DNA from: the human T2T-CHM13v2.0 reference genome, Homo sapiens
Length of the DNA stretch: 64,000 nucleotides
Assembly: GCF_009914755.1 (NCBI RefSeq)
Contig: NC_060927.1
Direction: 5' to 3' (one strand)
The notes beneath the pieces were generated by a model, which saw only the letters and a program-made list of their open reading frames with translations, was not told the origin of the DNA and did no database searches. Shown piece by piece: positions 43,895 through 64,000 of this stretch (within the stretch, counting starts at the first letter, position 1; each line of letters starts with the position of its first letter). A program made the position numbers and the translations under genes.

Positions 43895-44432
43895 TGTTCC
43901 TAGCTTAGGTTTTGATCCTCAGAAGCAGACCCTGAGGCAAAAATCCATGTGAAATTGAATTTTAAGGAAATGTTCCCAAGAATAACTTGTAGAGTAATAG
44001 CGAAGTGGAACCAATAGAAAAGGAGGCCAAGTCAGAGTACGCTATCAACCAGAGGTCCGCAAGGGCCCACTCAGGCTCTGATTCACAGGGAAGTTTTGGG
44101 AAGCGTGTAGGTAGTCCCAAAAATTTGTCCCAACCAAGGTGCAGGGGAGCTAGAACATTTATATTCCTCACTCACCAGTCATTTGTTAAAGGAAACTCTC
44201 CATCTTCCTGACCAGAGGGCTGGGTTGTGGATGGGAATATGTAACATATCAGACACTTCTTATTCTCTGACTGTGTAGGCAAACAGTTTCTGGCCATTTG
44301 AGAACAGCCCTCCCAACAAAGAGATGGCAGGTGCTAGTTTTCAGGAGTAAAATTCCACCCAAAGCTAGCGTTCATGAAATTGGTAATGAGGTCCAAGGGA
44401 ATATGTGTGGAGTCCTGATACTGACCCATACA
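43895..44432 (-). mobile_element. Old ERVL LTR (LTR16/33/41-like)
   Basis: CAGAAGCAGACCCTGAG...TGTTCCCAAGAA motif typical of these LTR termini. Confidence 0.5.
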
Positions 44433-44630
44433 GTTCCTTTCCAGGCATAGAGGGTAGAGTACTACACCCATTATGATCTGGCTCCAAAACCTCTCTCACT
44501 GCTCTGCTTTTCCCTTACCTTCCAGTCTCCTACCTTTCTATATGCTGTTTCTTCTGCCTGCAGTGGCCCTCTCTTCCCTGTCCATTTGCTCTTTCTTACT
44601 CTGCTTCAATGTCACCTCTTGTATGAGGAT

Positions 44631-44737
44631 CTCTCTCTCCCTCCCTCCCTTCCCTCCCTCCCTCCCTTCCTTCCTTCCTTCCTTCCTTCCTTCCTTCCTT
44701 CCTTCCTTCCTTCCTTCCTTCCTTCCTTCCTTCCCTC
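44631..44737. repeat. (TTCC)n/(CCCT)n microsatellite in the Alu tail position
   Basis: Direct reading. Confidence 0.95.
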
Positions 44738-45029
44738 TTTCTTTTCTGAGAGAGAGTCTCATTCCATTGCCCAGGCTGGAGAGCATGGCAAGATCTTGGG
44801 TCACCGCAACCTCTGCCTCCCGGGTCCAAGCGAGTCTCATGCCTCAGTCTCCCAATTAGCTGGGATTACAGGCACATGCCATCATGCCCAGCTAATTTTT
44901 GTATTTTCAGTAGAGACGGGGTTTTGCCATGTTGGCCAGGTTTGTCTTGAACTCCTGACCTCAAGTGACCTACCCACCTCTGCCTCCCAAAGTGTTGAGA
45001 TTACAGGCATGAGCCACCATGCCCAGCCT
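44738..45029 (-). mobile_element. Alu (AluS-like) inserted in an L2 3' end
   Basis: Dimer; L2 terminus CTCAATAAATGTTGAGTAAATGAATGAA near 45117-45144. Confidence 0.92.
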
Positions 45030-46369
45030 AGCAGAGGTATTTTTGCTGTTTGTTTTCTCTCCCCCTTATTTGTGTGTGATTCCTACCAGGCAGAGTACAG
45101 GACCCAATAAATAGGCCTCAATAAATGTTGAGTAAATGAATGAAAAGAACTTCAAGTCTCCCTGCCAATCAAAGTAATCAATCTCTCCATGATTACACCA
45201 TTTTCCTCTTAATCATAATTATTTATACTCATGTACTAATTCCCCTGCCAGTTTACAAGTTCCTTGAGGTCAAGAATCATGTTAGATTCCCCCATGAAAG
45301 TGCCTAGTATAGGTTTTTGAACATGGTAGGGGTTCAGATGATGCTAACTGGAGTGGTTACAAGAATCTCTCAGTGCAGACAGATGAACAGATTGAATCCA
45401 TGATACTGCAGCAGGGTGGGGTTTTCAGTTTTTACTCTTGTTCACACCTACTCCTTTGGGACTGTAATGTCTTAGGCTACTAATCAAAATGATGGCTGGT
45501 GCTTTGGAAAGCCTCAGTACTATGTCACGATTGAAGATGATATACATCCCCAAGTTCATATGATTTTTTTTCCACTGTACATCCAGTGCTCTTCCAACTG
45601 CATCTTGAACTCACTTCCCCCTGAGGATAATTTCTGAAGTGTAAAAATTAATCACTCTTGCTTCCCCTTGAAGCATTGCTAAATTAATGGCTTGACATCA
45701 CATCTATCATGCTTTCTCTAAGCTCTCTAGGGCCCGTTAGGATTGGGGAGTTTCTGGGAACACAGCACAGGCTGAGTGAGAAAATCTTCCTTGGGAATCA
45801 GTGAGTGAATCCAAAATTGTTTCATACACAGTGGCATTTGAGGCCCTGGGCTTATGGCTTGTGTTGCCAGCACATGATGTATGCTTCAGCCATGAGGTGC
45901 TTGCTCACGTTTGCATTGGTACACTATTTCTTCAGGTCTGAATCACTAAAGTAGAAAATATTCCCTCTGGGCTGTAACATGAAAGAGAAGATTTTTAGAT
46001 TGAAAATCATTTTGTAAACCTCCTGCAATTTTATTTTGTCTAGACAAAAGGCAATAAAAGGAAGAAAAATCATCAGAGATGGTAATAAGGAGACACGTGC
46101 AAGAGGATTTGCTTCTTACAGAGCCCTGATTGCTTTTTTTTTTTTTTTACACATTCTGTGGGCTCTTTTCTACAACCCCATCACTTTCTAAAAATTCTTC
46201 AGACACTTTTCTCTGTTTGACTGCTCTCCCAGGAGAGAAGTGTTAATAGATGTGGACAAACTTCATGTTGAAACAAAAACATGGAATAAAACACCAGAAG
46301 TAAATGACTCACTAATAGGAGACAAGAGGGCATTATTCTAATTTTGGAACCATGGTTCATATTTCTATT

Positions 46370-46630
46370 AGTATATATATACATATATATATATATACAC
46401 ACACATATACATATATGTATATTTATGGGTATGTATGTATATATATGTGTGTATATATATACACACATATGTATGTGTGTATATATATACACACATACGT
46501 ATGTGTGTATATATATATACGTATACACATATATACACACGTATATATCTTGTATATATGAATATATAAGTATATATTGTGTGTATATATATGTTGTATG
46601 TACATATATTGTAGGTTGTGTATATATTAT
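46370..46630. repeat. Compound (TA)n/(TG)n/(CA)n microsatellite
   Basis: Direct reading; source of the low-complexity Y/I/H ORFs. Confidence 0.95.
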
Positions 46631-47674
46631 GCTGAATATTAACATGACAGTATGTATATGTCAGGATTTTTTCTGGACCTCCACCATCTTCCTCTGCATA
46701 GTGAGTTAATTGAAGCCAATTTGGGCTGGGATATCCACTACCTGTAGAGTGAGTTTGTACTCATAGACTGTCAGCAAGAAAGGGGCCTTGGAGATCATCA
46801 GTTATGTCCCCAATCACATATCACACTTAGGAAGAGCGAGGTCCCAGCGATGACAAGTAATGTAAATATGTGTTAGAGCTGAAGTGTCAACATTGCACTC
46901 TGGGATCTTTTCATCATCCAAAGCTTTGCTCTCCTTAAATCCATCTCTGACATGTTTATCAATAGATTATTTTCTTTGTACTCAGGAGTGTAACGTCGGT
47001 ACACAGAAAGTCTCCACAATTGTAGTTTGGCCTCAATTGACACAGTAATAGGCGGAAAGTGAAAATGTTAGCTGGTTTCTATAAAATGGCACCAAACACA
47101 CAACCTAATTAATTCTGCTTTATTCTTTATATTTATAACTGTGTATCTACCCTTTGTGGGGCCCACAAAACAAGTCATTGGATCAAGGGATTCGGAAAAG
47201 TCAAGGCGCTGTTAGAATTAATATAGTCTCCACAAAGAAGGGTGCTAACAAAGAGGTATGCATCATGAAATTGTTTTAAGAAAAATAATTGTTAATGCTG
47301 GTTTCTTAAAGCTGATGCTTCCTTAGGAAAGCAGTGGGTTGTCTGTGGGGCTAATTTACCCAGTATGTGACTAACTTACAACAGCTGTATTTAGAATACA
47401 CACTCAGCCTTTATCGCTGGGGCTGAAGGAGAGTTGAATGCTTTATGCTTTTGCTGCTCAGGCTGAATTGATGGAATGGACCTCAAAATATATTAACTAT
47501 AAGGCATACTTAGAAGCATTGAAAACGTCCCACATGCACAGATACCAGCAAGCAAGATCGAGCAAACTGAGGAATTTTCATTTAGATGGGGTCCTTTCTG
47601 TAAGCATATCTAGTTCTGCCCCTCTTAGCACTAGCACTGAGGCTCCAAAAGTCATTAGGGTGTCCCAGGGCAGA

Positions 47675-48410
<736 letters not shown>

Positions 48411-48419
48411 AAAGGTAAT

Positions 48420-51088
<2,669 letters not shown>

Positions 51089-52443
51089 AAATGATAATTT
51101 TTTTGGACTGTTAGGAAGAAAGAAGGAACAAAAAAATAGCAGAAATATGAGTACATACAATGGACTATCCTTCCCCTCATGAGTTTTATAAATCATAATT
51201 GATCACTGAAATAAAAATTCTCTTACCATCTGACATTCAATGATATTTAAAAGTGGAGAAGGAAAATGGACCTAAATTAAAGGGAGGATTCCATGTCTGA
51301 AATGTTGATGCCAGTAGAATGTGATAAGCCATATAATAAGCCATATGTATATGTTGTAATATCCCCACCCCACAAAAAACTACAAAAGCTGTACAAAGAA
51401 ATACTCTGAGAAATACTATAAATAAATCAAAATAGAATAATAAGAAATTTTCATATAACCCACAGGAAGGCAATAAAAGAGTAACAGAGTAACAAGAACC
51501 AGATGAAATAGAAAACAAACAATAAAATACTAGGCTTCAGTACCAACATATCAAAAATTATCTTAAATATAAATTATCTGAATACATCAATCAAAGAAAG
51601 AGATTGGTAGAGTGAACAAAAAAGACCCAATGATATACTGATTACAAGAAATTCACTTTAAATTCAATGATATGGGTGGATTGAAAATAAAGGAATAGAA
51701 AAAATTTACCATGCAAACTTTAAGCAAAAATGCAGGTGTGGTGTATTAATATCTAATAAAGTGGACTTCAGAGCAAAGAAAATTACTAGAGAAAAAGTCA
51801 CATTACATAATAATAAAAGGATCAACTTACTAGGAAGAGGTAGTAATTCTAAATGTACACACCAAAAAACAGAGCTTCAAAATGCATAAAGCAAAAACTG
51901 ATAGATTTGCAAGGAGAAATAGGTAAATCTACAGTTATAATTCAGTACTTCAGCATTACCTTTCAGCAACTGATAGAACTCCTAGAACTCCTAGACAGTA
52001 AATCAGAAAATACTTAAAAGATATGAACCACACAATTATTCACCAATAGTATCTAAACGACATATGTAAAAACTCCACACAATAGCAGAATAAACTTTTT
52101 TTCAAGTGCCCATTTAACATTCAGTTATATATTCCATATTCTGAGCCATAAAATATACCTCAACAAATTTATAAGAACTGAAATCATACAGTGTGTTTTC
52201 TCTGACTACAATGGAATCAAACTAGAAATAAATAAAGTCTACAGGAAATTCTCAAAATATGTGGGAATTAAGCAACATACTTCTAAATACTTTATTGGTC
52301 AAAAAGGAAATCTCAAAGGACATTTAATACATATACAAAACCAAATTAAATTGAAACAATAATGTGTCAAAACATATGGGATGCATCTAAAGCAGTCCTG
52401 AGAGGGAAATTTATAGCAGTAAAAACTTACTCTAGAAGCAAAG

Positions 52444-53060
52444 TGTTTTGGAGGTCCCCAAGACCACTCCTGTTTTGGTGATTTTATTAGAAGAGCTTTT
52501 AGGACTTAGAAGTCATTATACTCATGATTGTGGTTTATTATAGTAAAGGGTCCCAAGAAAAATCAGTGAAGAGAAAAGGTGTATGGGTAACGTTTGGAGA
52601 AAATCAGGCACAAGCTTCTAAGAATATTCTTCTAGTGGAGTCACTAGAAAATACACTTAATACACATAAGATGCACTTAATTCTTCCAAGAATAAATTGT
52701 GAAGGTGCATGTAAAGTTTTGTCTATTACAGAGACTTGTCTAAGCCTATAAGTTCACAATTTTCATTGTGGGTTGGTTACATAGGGATATAGTATCCGTA
52801 GGACTGACTACAGTTGCTGAAGATCCAGGTCCCCAAAGGAAATGAGTTTGTTCATAAATCACATTCCTCATACAAACTATTTAGAAAGCCTGGCATAATA
52901 TGGCTCAAGGTCCCAAGTGTTTAAAGCATTCCTAGAAGTTAGAACATTCCAAGATCTCAATTCCCAAGAACTGTTTAAGGCCTCACCACAGAATAGGGCT
53001 TTCTTGAGAACTGCAAAGTTGGAGCAACTCAGGACAACTGGGTTAACGCTTTCCTGTACA
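52444..53060 (-). mobile_element. MER21/MER77-group LTR
   Basis: TGTT..GGAGGTCCCCAAGACCAC start; CAGGCACAAGCTTC; GGTTAAC.CTTTCCTGTACA end. Confidence 0.7.
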
Positions 53061-53539
53061 CAAGAAAAAAAAATTCAAATCAATAATCTAAATTTCTTTC
53101 ACAAAAGATTAGAAAAAAAGCAAAATACATCCGAAGCAAGCATAAGAAAAAATAAGAAAGATTATAGCAGAAATTAATAAGATTTAAAATGAGAAATGAT
53201 AGACAAAGTTAATGAAAGCAAAAGCTGATTCTTCAAAAAAGTCAGTAAAATCAATAATCTCTAACAATACTAGTAAAAATAAAAAGTGAGATGACATCCC
53301 TAATATCAGGAATGAAATAGAGGATATTATGATAGATGCTGCAGCCATTACATTGCTAATTAGAGAATACTGTGAAAAGCTTTATGTGCTATAAATTCAA
53401 CAACTAAAAAAATACACAAATTCCTAAAAAATTAGACACCACAAAAACTCAAACAAGTTGAAATAGATAATGTAAGTTGTCTTAGAATCATTACAAAATT
53501 GGATTAATAATTTAAAAACTAATAATTAAGAAATCTCAA

Positions 53540-53818
53540 GGTTGGCCACAGTGGCTCACACCTGTAATCCCAGTGCTTTGAGAGGTTGAGATGGGAGGAT
53601 TGCTTGAGATTAGGAGTTTGAGACCAGCTTGGACAACAAGGTGAGACTCCATCTCTACAAAAAGTTTGAAAATTAGCTGTATGTGTTGGCGCACAGCTAC
53701 TCAAGAGGTTGAAACAAGAGGCTTGCTGAAGCCCAGGAACTCAAGGCTGCAGTGAGCTAAAATTATGCTAGTACACTTGATTCTGGGTAACAGAGCTAGA
53801 CTGTCTCTTAAAAAAAAA
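53540..53818 (+). mobile_element. Diverged AluJ
   Basis: GGGAGGATTGCTTGAG; CAAGGCTGCAGTGAGC. Confidence 0.85.
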
Positions 53819-54619
53819 GAAGTAAAAAAATACCATTTTGAGACCAAAATGATTTTACTAAAGAATAATACCAAACATTTAAAGGAGCATTAACACAAAT
53901 TTTGCACAATTTCTTCCAGAGAATAGAGAGGAAACACTTATTACCTTATTTTATGAGACCAGTAGTACTCTGATACCAATACCAAACAAAGACAGTACAA
54001 AGAAAGAAAGTCACAGACTTGTATCCCTCATGATTTTAGATGTAAACATTTTAAACAAAATATTAACAATCCCTATCTAACAATATTTAAAAAGAATTAT
54101 AGATCATGAACAACAGATTTATTTCAGGTATAGAAAAGTGACTTAACACTCAAAAATCATTCATGTAATATACCATGTCCAAAAGCTAAAAAAAAAAGGC
54201 AATGATGATATCAATTGATGCAGAAAAAATATTTCACAATATCAAACATTTATCAGGATAAAAACATTTAGCAAGTTATAAATAGGAATTACTATGACTT
54301 GATATGAACATCTACAAAAAAACTGTAGCTAATATCATACTTATTGGTCCAAGACTAAATGCTTTCCTCCTAAGTCTGAGAACAAGGCAAGGATGTCTTT
54401 AATACTACTCTTATTCAATAGAGTACTGGCGCTCTAGCTACTGCAGTAAGCTAAGAAAAAAAAAGGCACACAGATTGGAAAGGAAGGAATAAAACTATAA
54501 TTTTTTGAAGATGACATGATTATCTTAATAAAAATCCCAAGGAATCTAAAGAAAAAGAATCCTAGAACTAATAAATGAATTCATCAACTTTGCAGGATAT
54601 AAGATTAAAACACAAAAAT

Positions 54620-57600
54620 TGGACATTGCAGCTGATACTGCAGAAATTCAAAGGATCATTATAGACTACTATGAGCAACTATATGCCAATAAATTGGAAA
54701 CCTAGAAGTGGGTAAATTCTTAGACACATACAGCCTACCAAGTTTAAGCCATGAAGAAATGCAAAACCTGAATAGATGAATAACAAGTAACAGATCAATG
54801 CCATAGTAAAAGTCTCCGAGCAAAGGAAACCCTGGGACCCAATTGCTTCATTGCTGAATTCTACCAAATATTTAAAGAAGAACTAATATCAATCCTACTT
54901 AAACTATTTCAATAAATAGAGGATAAGAGAATATTTCCAAACTCATTCAACAAGGCCAGTATTACCCTGATACCCAAACCAGACAAAGAACATTACAAAA
55001 AAGAAAACTACAGGCCAATATCGCTAATAAACATTGAGCAGAAATTCTTAATATAATACTAGCAAACTGACTTCGACAATACATTAAAAAGATATTTCAT
55101 CATGACCAAGTGGGATTCAACCCAGGGATGCAAGGATGCTCCAAAAAATGCAAAAATAAATCAATATGATACATCATATCAGCAGAATGAAGTACAACAT
55201 ATGACCATTTCAATTGATGCTGAAAAAGCGTTTGATACAATTTAACATCCCTTCATGATAAAAACCTTAAAAAAAAAAAACTGGCTATAGAAGAAACATG
55301 CCTCAATACAATAAAAGCCATATACAACAGATCCACAGCTAGTATTATACTAAATGGGGAAAAACTGAAAGCCTTTCATATTAGATCTGGAACAAGACAA
55401 GAATGCCCCTTTCCCCAGTTATTCAACATAGCACTGGAAGTCCTAGCTAGAGCAACAAAATGAGAGAAAAAAACAGAAAAGGCATCCAAATTTGAGAGGA
55501 AGAAGTCAAATTATCCTTCTTTGTGGATGATACAATCTATCATTTGGAAAAACCTAAAGACTCCACCAAAAAACTATTAGAACTCATAAACAGATTCAGT
55601 AAAGTTGCAGAATATAAAAATCCACCTACAAAATTTAGTAGCATTTCTATATGTCAAGAGTGAGCAATCTGAAAAAAGAAATCAGGAAAGTAATCCTATT
55701 TACAATAGTTACAAATAAAACAAAATACCTAGGAATAAACTTAACCAAAGAAGTGAAAGATCTCTACAATAAAAACTATAAAACATTGATGCAAGAAATT
55801 GAAAAGAATACAAAAAGTGGAAAAATATTCCATATTCATGGATTGGAGGCATCAATATTGTTATAATGTTCATACTACCCAAAGCAATCTATAGATTCAG
55901 TGCAATCTCTATCAAAATACAAATTACATTCTTCAGAAATAGAAAAAATAATCCTAAAATTTATATGGAACCACAAAATGCCCAGAATAGACAAGTCTGT
56001 CCTAAGCAAAAAGAACAAAACTGGAGAAATCACATTACCTGACCTCTAATTATACTACAGAGCTATAGTAACCAAAACAGCATGGTACTGGCATAAAAAT
56101 AGAAACATAGATCAATGGAACAGGACAGAGAACCCAGAAACAAATTCACACATCTGCAGTGAACTCTTTCTCAACAAAGGTATCGAGAAAATACACGGGG
56201 GAAAAGACAGTCTCTTAAGTAAGTGGTGGTGGGAAAACTGGATATCCATATGCAGAAGGATGAAGCTAGAGCCCTATCTCTTCACATATGTAAAAAAAAT
56301 CAAATCAAAATGGATTGAAGGCTTAAATGTAAGACCTCAAGCTATGAAACTACTAAAGGAAAACATTGGGGAAACTCTCTAGGACATTGGTCTGGGCAAA
56401 GATTTCTTGAGTAACAACCCATAAGCACAGGTAGTCAAAGCAAAAATGGACATGTGGAATCATATCAAGTTAAAAAGCTTCTGCACAACAAAGGAAACAA
56501 TCGACAAAAAGACAACCCACGGAACAGGAGAAAATATTTGCAATCTATCTGGCTGACAAGGGATTACTATCCAGAATATAAAAGGAGCTCAAACAACTCA
56601 ATAGGGAAAAATCTAATAATCTGATTAGAAAATGGACAAAAGATCTGAATAGACTTTTCTCAAATGAAGACGTACAAATGGCCAACAGGTATATGAAAAG
56701 GTGCTCAATATCATTTATCAGCAGAGAAATGTAATTCAAAACCACCGTGAGATATCATCTCACTCCAGTTAAAGTGACTTTTATCCAAAAGAGGCAATTG
56801 CTGGCAAGAATGTGGAGAAAAAGTAACTGTCATACACATTTGATAGAAATGTAAATTAGTAGAGCCACTATAGAGAACAGTATGGTGGTTCCTCAGAAAA
56901 CTAAAAATAAAACTACCAGATGATTCAGCAATGCCACTGCTGGGTAGATATCTAAAGGAAATGAAATCCGTATGTTGAAGAGATAATTGCACTCACAACA
57001 TGCGCTATTTGCAATAGCCAGGATTTGGAATCAACCTAAGTGTCCATCAACAGATGAATGGATTAAAAAAAGATGGTACATATACACAACAGAGTACTAG
57101 TCAGCCATAAAAAAGAACAAGATTCTTGGCTGGACGCAGTGGCTCACGCCTGTAATCCCAGCACTTTGGGAGGCCAAGGTGGGTGGATCACTAGGTCAAG
57201 CGTTTGAGATCAGCCTGGCCAACATAGTGAAACCCCGTCTCTACTAAAAATATAAAAAATTAGCCAGGCGTGGTGGCGGTCGCCTGTAATCCCAGGTACT
57301 CAGGAGGTTGAGGCAGGAGAATCGCTCAAACCTGGGAGGCGGAGGTTGCGGTGAGCCGAGATTGTGCCACTGCACTCCAGCCCGGATGATAGTGCGAAAC
57401 TCTGTCTCAAAAAAGAGAAAAAGGAAGGAAGGAAGGGAGGGAGGGAGGAGGGAGGAGGGAGGACAAGTTTCCATCATTTGCAACAACGTGGAGAGAACTG
57501 GAGAACATTATGTTAAGTAAAATAAGCAAGGGACAGAAAGACAAACTTAGCATTTTCCACTCATTTGTGGAAGCTAAACGTTAAAACAATTGGATTCATG

Positions 57601-57630
57601 AAGGTAGAGAGTAGAATGAAGGTTACCAGA
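54620..57630 (+). mobile_element. L1MA-like fragment (ORF2 to partial 3'UTR), truncated at both ends
   Basis: ORF2 restarts at GACATTGCAGCTGATAC; 3'UTR stops at TAGAATGAAGGTTACCAGA with no tail. Confidence 0.75.
57128..57462 (+). mobile_element. Alu (AluS-like) with (GGAA/GGAG)n tail
   Basis: Full dimer followed by purine repeat. Confidence 0.93.
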
Positions 57631-58239
57631 TGGGCATTTATTCAGAGAAATGAAGACCTATGTTTACACAAAAACCTGTATATGAATATTTATAGATGCT
57701 TTATTCATAATAGCCAAAACTGGAAACAATTCAGATGTCACTCAGTGGGTGAATAGCTAAACAAATTGTTACATCTATATCATGAATTACTGCTCAGCAA
57801 TGAAAAAATCGCTAACTTCCCATGTGTACAACAGCCTGGATAAATCTTAAGAGAATTATGGTGACTGAAGGAAAAAAGCCAATTCCAGAAGTTATATTTT
57901 ATAATTCCATTTAAACAACTTTCTTTAAAATACATACTTTTAGAAATGGAGAACAGGTTAATGGTTACCAGGGATAAAGGTAGGAGTGGGCCAGACGACA
58001 GTGAGTACAGCAAAAAGGGAAACATGAGAGATTCTTTCGGTGATGGAACTGTTCTGTATCTTGACTGTATCAATGTCAAAATCTTGGTTGTGATATTGTA
58101 CGATAGATAGTTTAAGATCTTACTTTTGGGGGAGACTGGATAAAGGGTACATGGTATTTATCTATATTATTTTTTACAGTTGCATCTAAAGGTATAATGA
58201 TCTAAAACAAAAATGTTTAATAAAAAAAGAAAAGCCCTT

Positions 58240-59256
<1,017 letters not shown>

Positions 59257-59654
59257 AAATCAACGTATAGTAAGAAAGAGAGAGAAAGAGAACAATACGA
59301 CAGTTTTATTAAAAAAATTCTTCGTGGCTACAGCTTGAAATCTAAGATAGCTGAGCATCTAGGTATTCCAGAATCTTACATTATTGAAAAGGAGATATTC
59401 CAACCAATCTAAAGTTAGTAGGAGCAAAGGCAATTACCTGAAAAACATGGCAGGAGATTGAGTTGGGGCTTGCGAGAAGTGTGAATCTCTGTGTGACCAT
59501 TGTTTAAACTGGCCTTTGACAGTCCAAGATAGAGGCCACAAAGCTGAGGGTTGAGGGGATGAAGGAAGGCCTGTTGATTGAAAATCGAAATTCTCAGATT
59601 TGTTTCTGGGTTTAAATATGGTGACTTGATGAAACTTCTGGCTTTGTTACTTAC

Positions 59655-59666
59655 CCCAGGAATTGC
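59655..59666 (-). other. Candidate 12-nt microexon (GCAATTCCTGGG)
   Basis: Minus strand: long U-rich tract ...TTTCTTTGCTTCCAG|GCAATTCCTGGG|GTAAGTAA; frame-preserving; lies in a non-repeat island. Confidence 0.6.
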
Positions 59667-60041
59667 CTGGAAGCAAAGAAACTAAAAGCCAAAGAAAAAG
59701 AAAAAAAAAAAAAAAAAAGGAATGCCTTAGAAACAGCTCAGTGAAGGTCCCCAGACCAGGTGCCCAAAGCAGACTCTGGTCACCAGGGCAGAGAATCCTG
59801 TTATTCCTGCTCAGCAGAATTGATATATGCAGGGGACCAGCCATCACTATGTGTGGGTGGTTCCAATTTTTCCTTTTCCATGTGGGAACTTAAAGCTAAC
59901 CCTAAATATTTCTGTTAAATAAGCCAATAAATTTCCTTTTTCCTTAAACAACTTTTAGTTTAGTTTAATGTCACTTACCATTAAAGAGATCCTTATAAAT
60001 ACATTGTTCATCCATTTTATACTTAGTAGTGTATGAGTTTT

Positions 60042-60190
60042 ACACACACACACACACACAAAGTAGCACAGCAATGCAGAGGTATTTATCCACACAGACA
60101 CAGAGGTGTCCACACACTTGCACAGAGGCATGAACTTACACCTATAAGCATCAGTATGCATCTGTACACACACAGACACACACACATGCA
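60042..60190. repeat. CA-rich tract ((UG)n on the minus strand)
   Basis: Direct reading. Confidence 0.85.
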
Positions 60191-60849
60191 ATTGAAAGAG
60201 GCAAGCACACAGGTACAGAAAAAGTCATTTACAGTGGTATATGTGTGTGCATACAGAGTAATAGCTCCAGCAAAAACTACCATTATGAGTCATCCTCTGC
60301 CTGACACCTTTCAGCATATCATTAGCCTGAGGGTATTCAAAGGCAGAGATGATGCACTTACTGCCAACGATTAATGAGCAGAGTTACATTTTGTTTGAGC
60401 TTCAAAAGATGACGTAGGATTATAATATAATGAAGGTTTCTAAGGTTCGAAATCTGCTAATTAGCTTGTGTGTTCACTTCAATGGAGCTTTGGTTCCCAC
60501 AAATAAAATCAGCACCTAGATCTCTTTAAAGTAGTCTCTGCAGAGCTGGGTTCGGGAAAACTGTAGACTTACAGCATGGTATCATCTCTCTCCTTCTTGG
60601 TATATGCATGGACAGTAAAGCTAAGCCTCATTTAGTTGAGAAGTAGTAATCAGGGAATGTGAAATGTTGGCCATACTGGGCCTTTGTCAGGCTGACTTGA
60701 TAGTGATGATGGAGAAAAAAAGGAACATTTTATGTTCTCACTGAACTTGATTCTAAAACATATGGAGGAGCAGGCATAATAAATGGGCCCATCATTTAAG
60801 GATTTCCCTTCTTTCATCAATGTCTTGAAGCAATTTAACATTCATATAA

Positions 60850-63702
<2,853 letters not shown>

Positions 63703-63717
63703 CAGCCTACCCCTTAA

Positions 63718-64000
<283 letters not shown>

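Larger units (their letters stand above)
51090..58228 (+). mobile_element. Old L1MD-like element with nested LTR, Alus and L1MA
   Basis: Inter-ORF and ORF2 remnants 51.1-54.6 kb; L1MD-type 3' end GACTGTATCAATGTCAA...GTTGTGATATTGTAC at ~58060-58100. Confidence 0.7.

Noticed and set aside
44473-45110. PSFL/EGRK repeat ORFs
   Set aside because: Translations of a (TTCC)n microsatellite and Alu
46199-46709. Y/I/H/T-rich ORFs
   Set aside because: Translations of a dinucleotide microsatellite
59647-59893. 66-aa and 76-aa ORFs across the A tract
   Set aside because: Poly-Phe/poly-Lys artefacts of the pyrimidine tract; the splice-signal reading explains the sequence better

Overview
Primate (human/great-ape-like) genomic DNA, mostly interspersed repeats. 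No conventional multi-exon cellular gene, RNA gene or CRISPR array can be recognised. 1-14.2 kb: an old minus-strand L1 (L1PA13-16-like) carrying three nested insertions, namely a THE1 solo LTR, a complete THE1D-like MaLR (LTR-int-LTR) and a full-length young L1PA2/3-like LINE-1 (17-bp TSD, intact 338-aa ORF1, ORF2 broken by two 1-bp deletions). 14-35 kb: MaLR LTRs, MIR/L2, Alus, L1 fragments and a largely repeat-poor island at about 28-35 kb. 35.8-43.7 kb: a complete Tigger1 split by an internally deleted L1PB, an ERV1 LTR and an Alu. 48-59 kb: stacked plus-strand L1s. The strongest non-repeat signal is a candidate 12-nt minus-strand microexon (59655-59666) with strong splice signals and an SRRM3/4-type UGC motif, bracketed by inverted Alus, suggesting the window lies in the intron of a large minus-strand gene that I cannot name. 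Several local template-switch scars (inverted and tandem micro-duplications) are also visible. Repeat subfamily names come from recalled consensus motifs and need RepeatMasker/Dfam confirmation.
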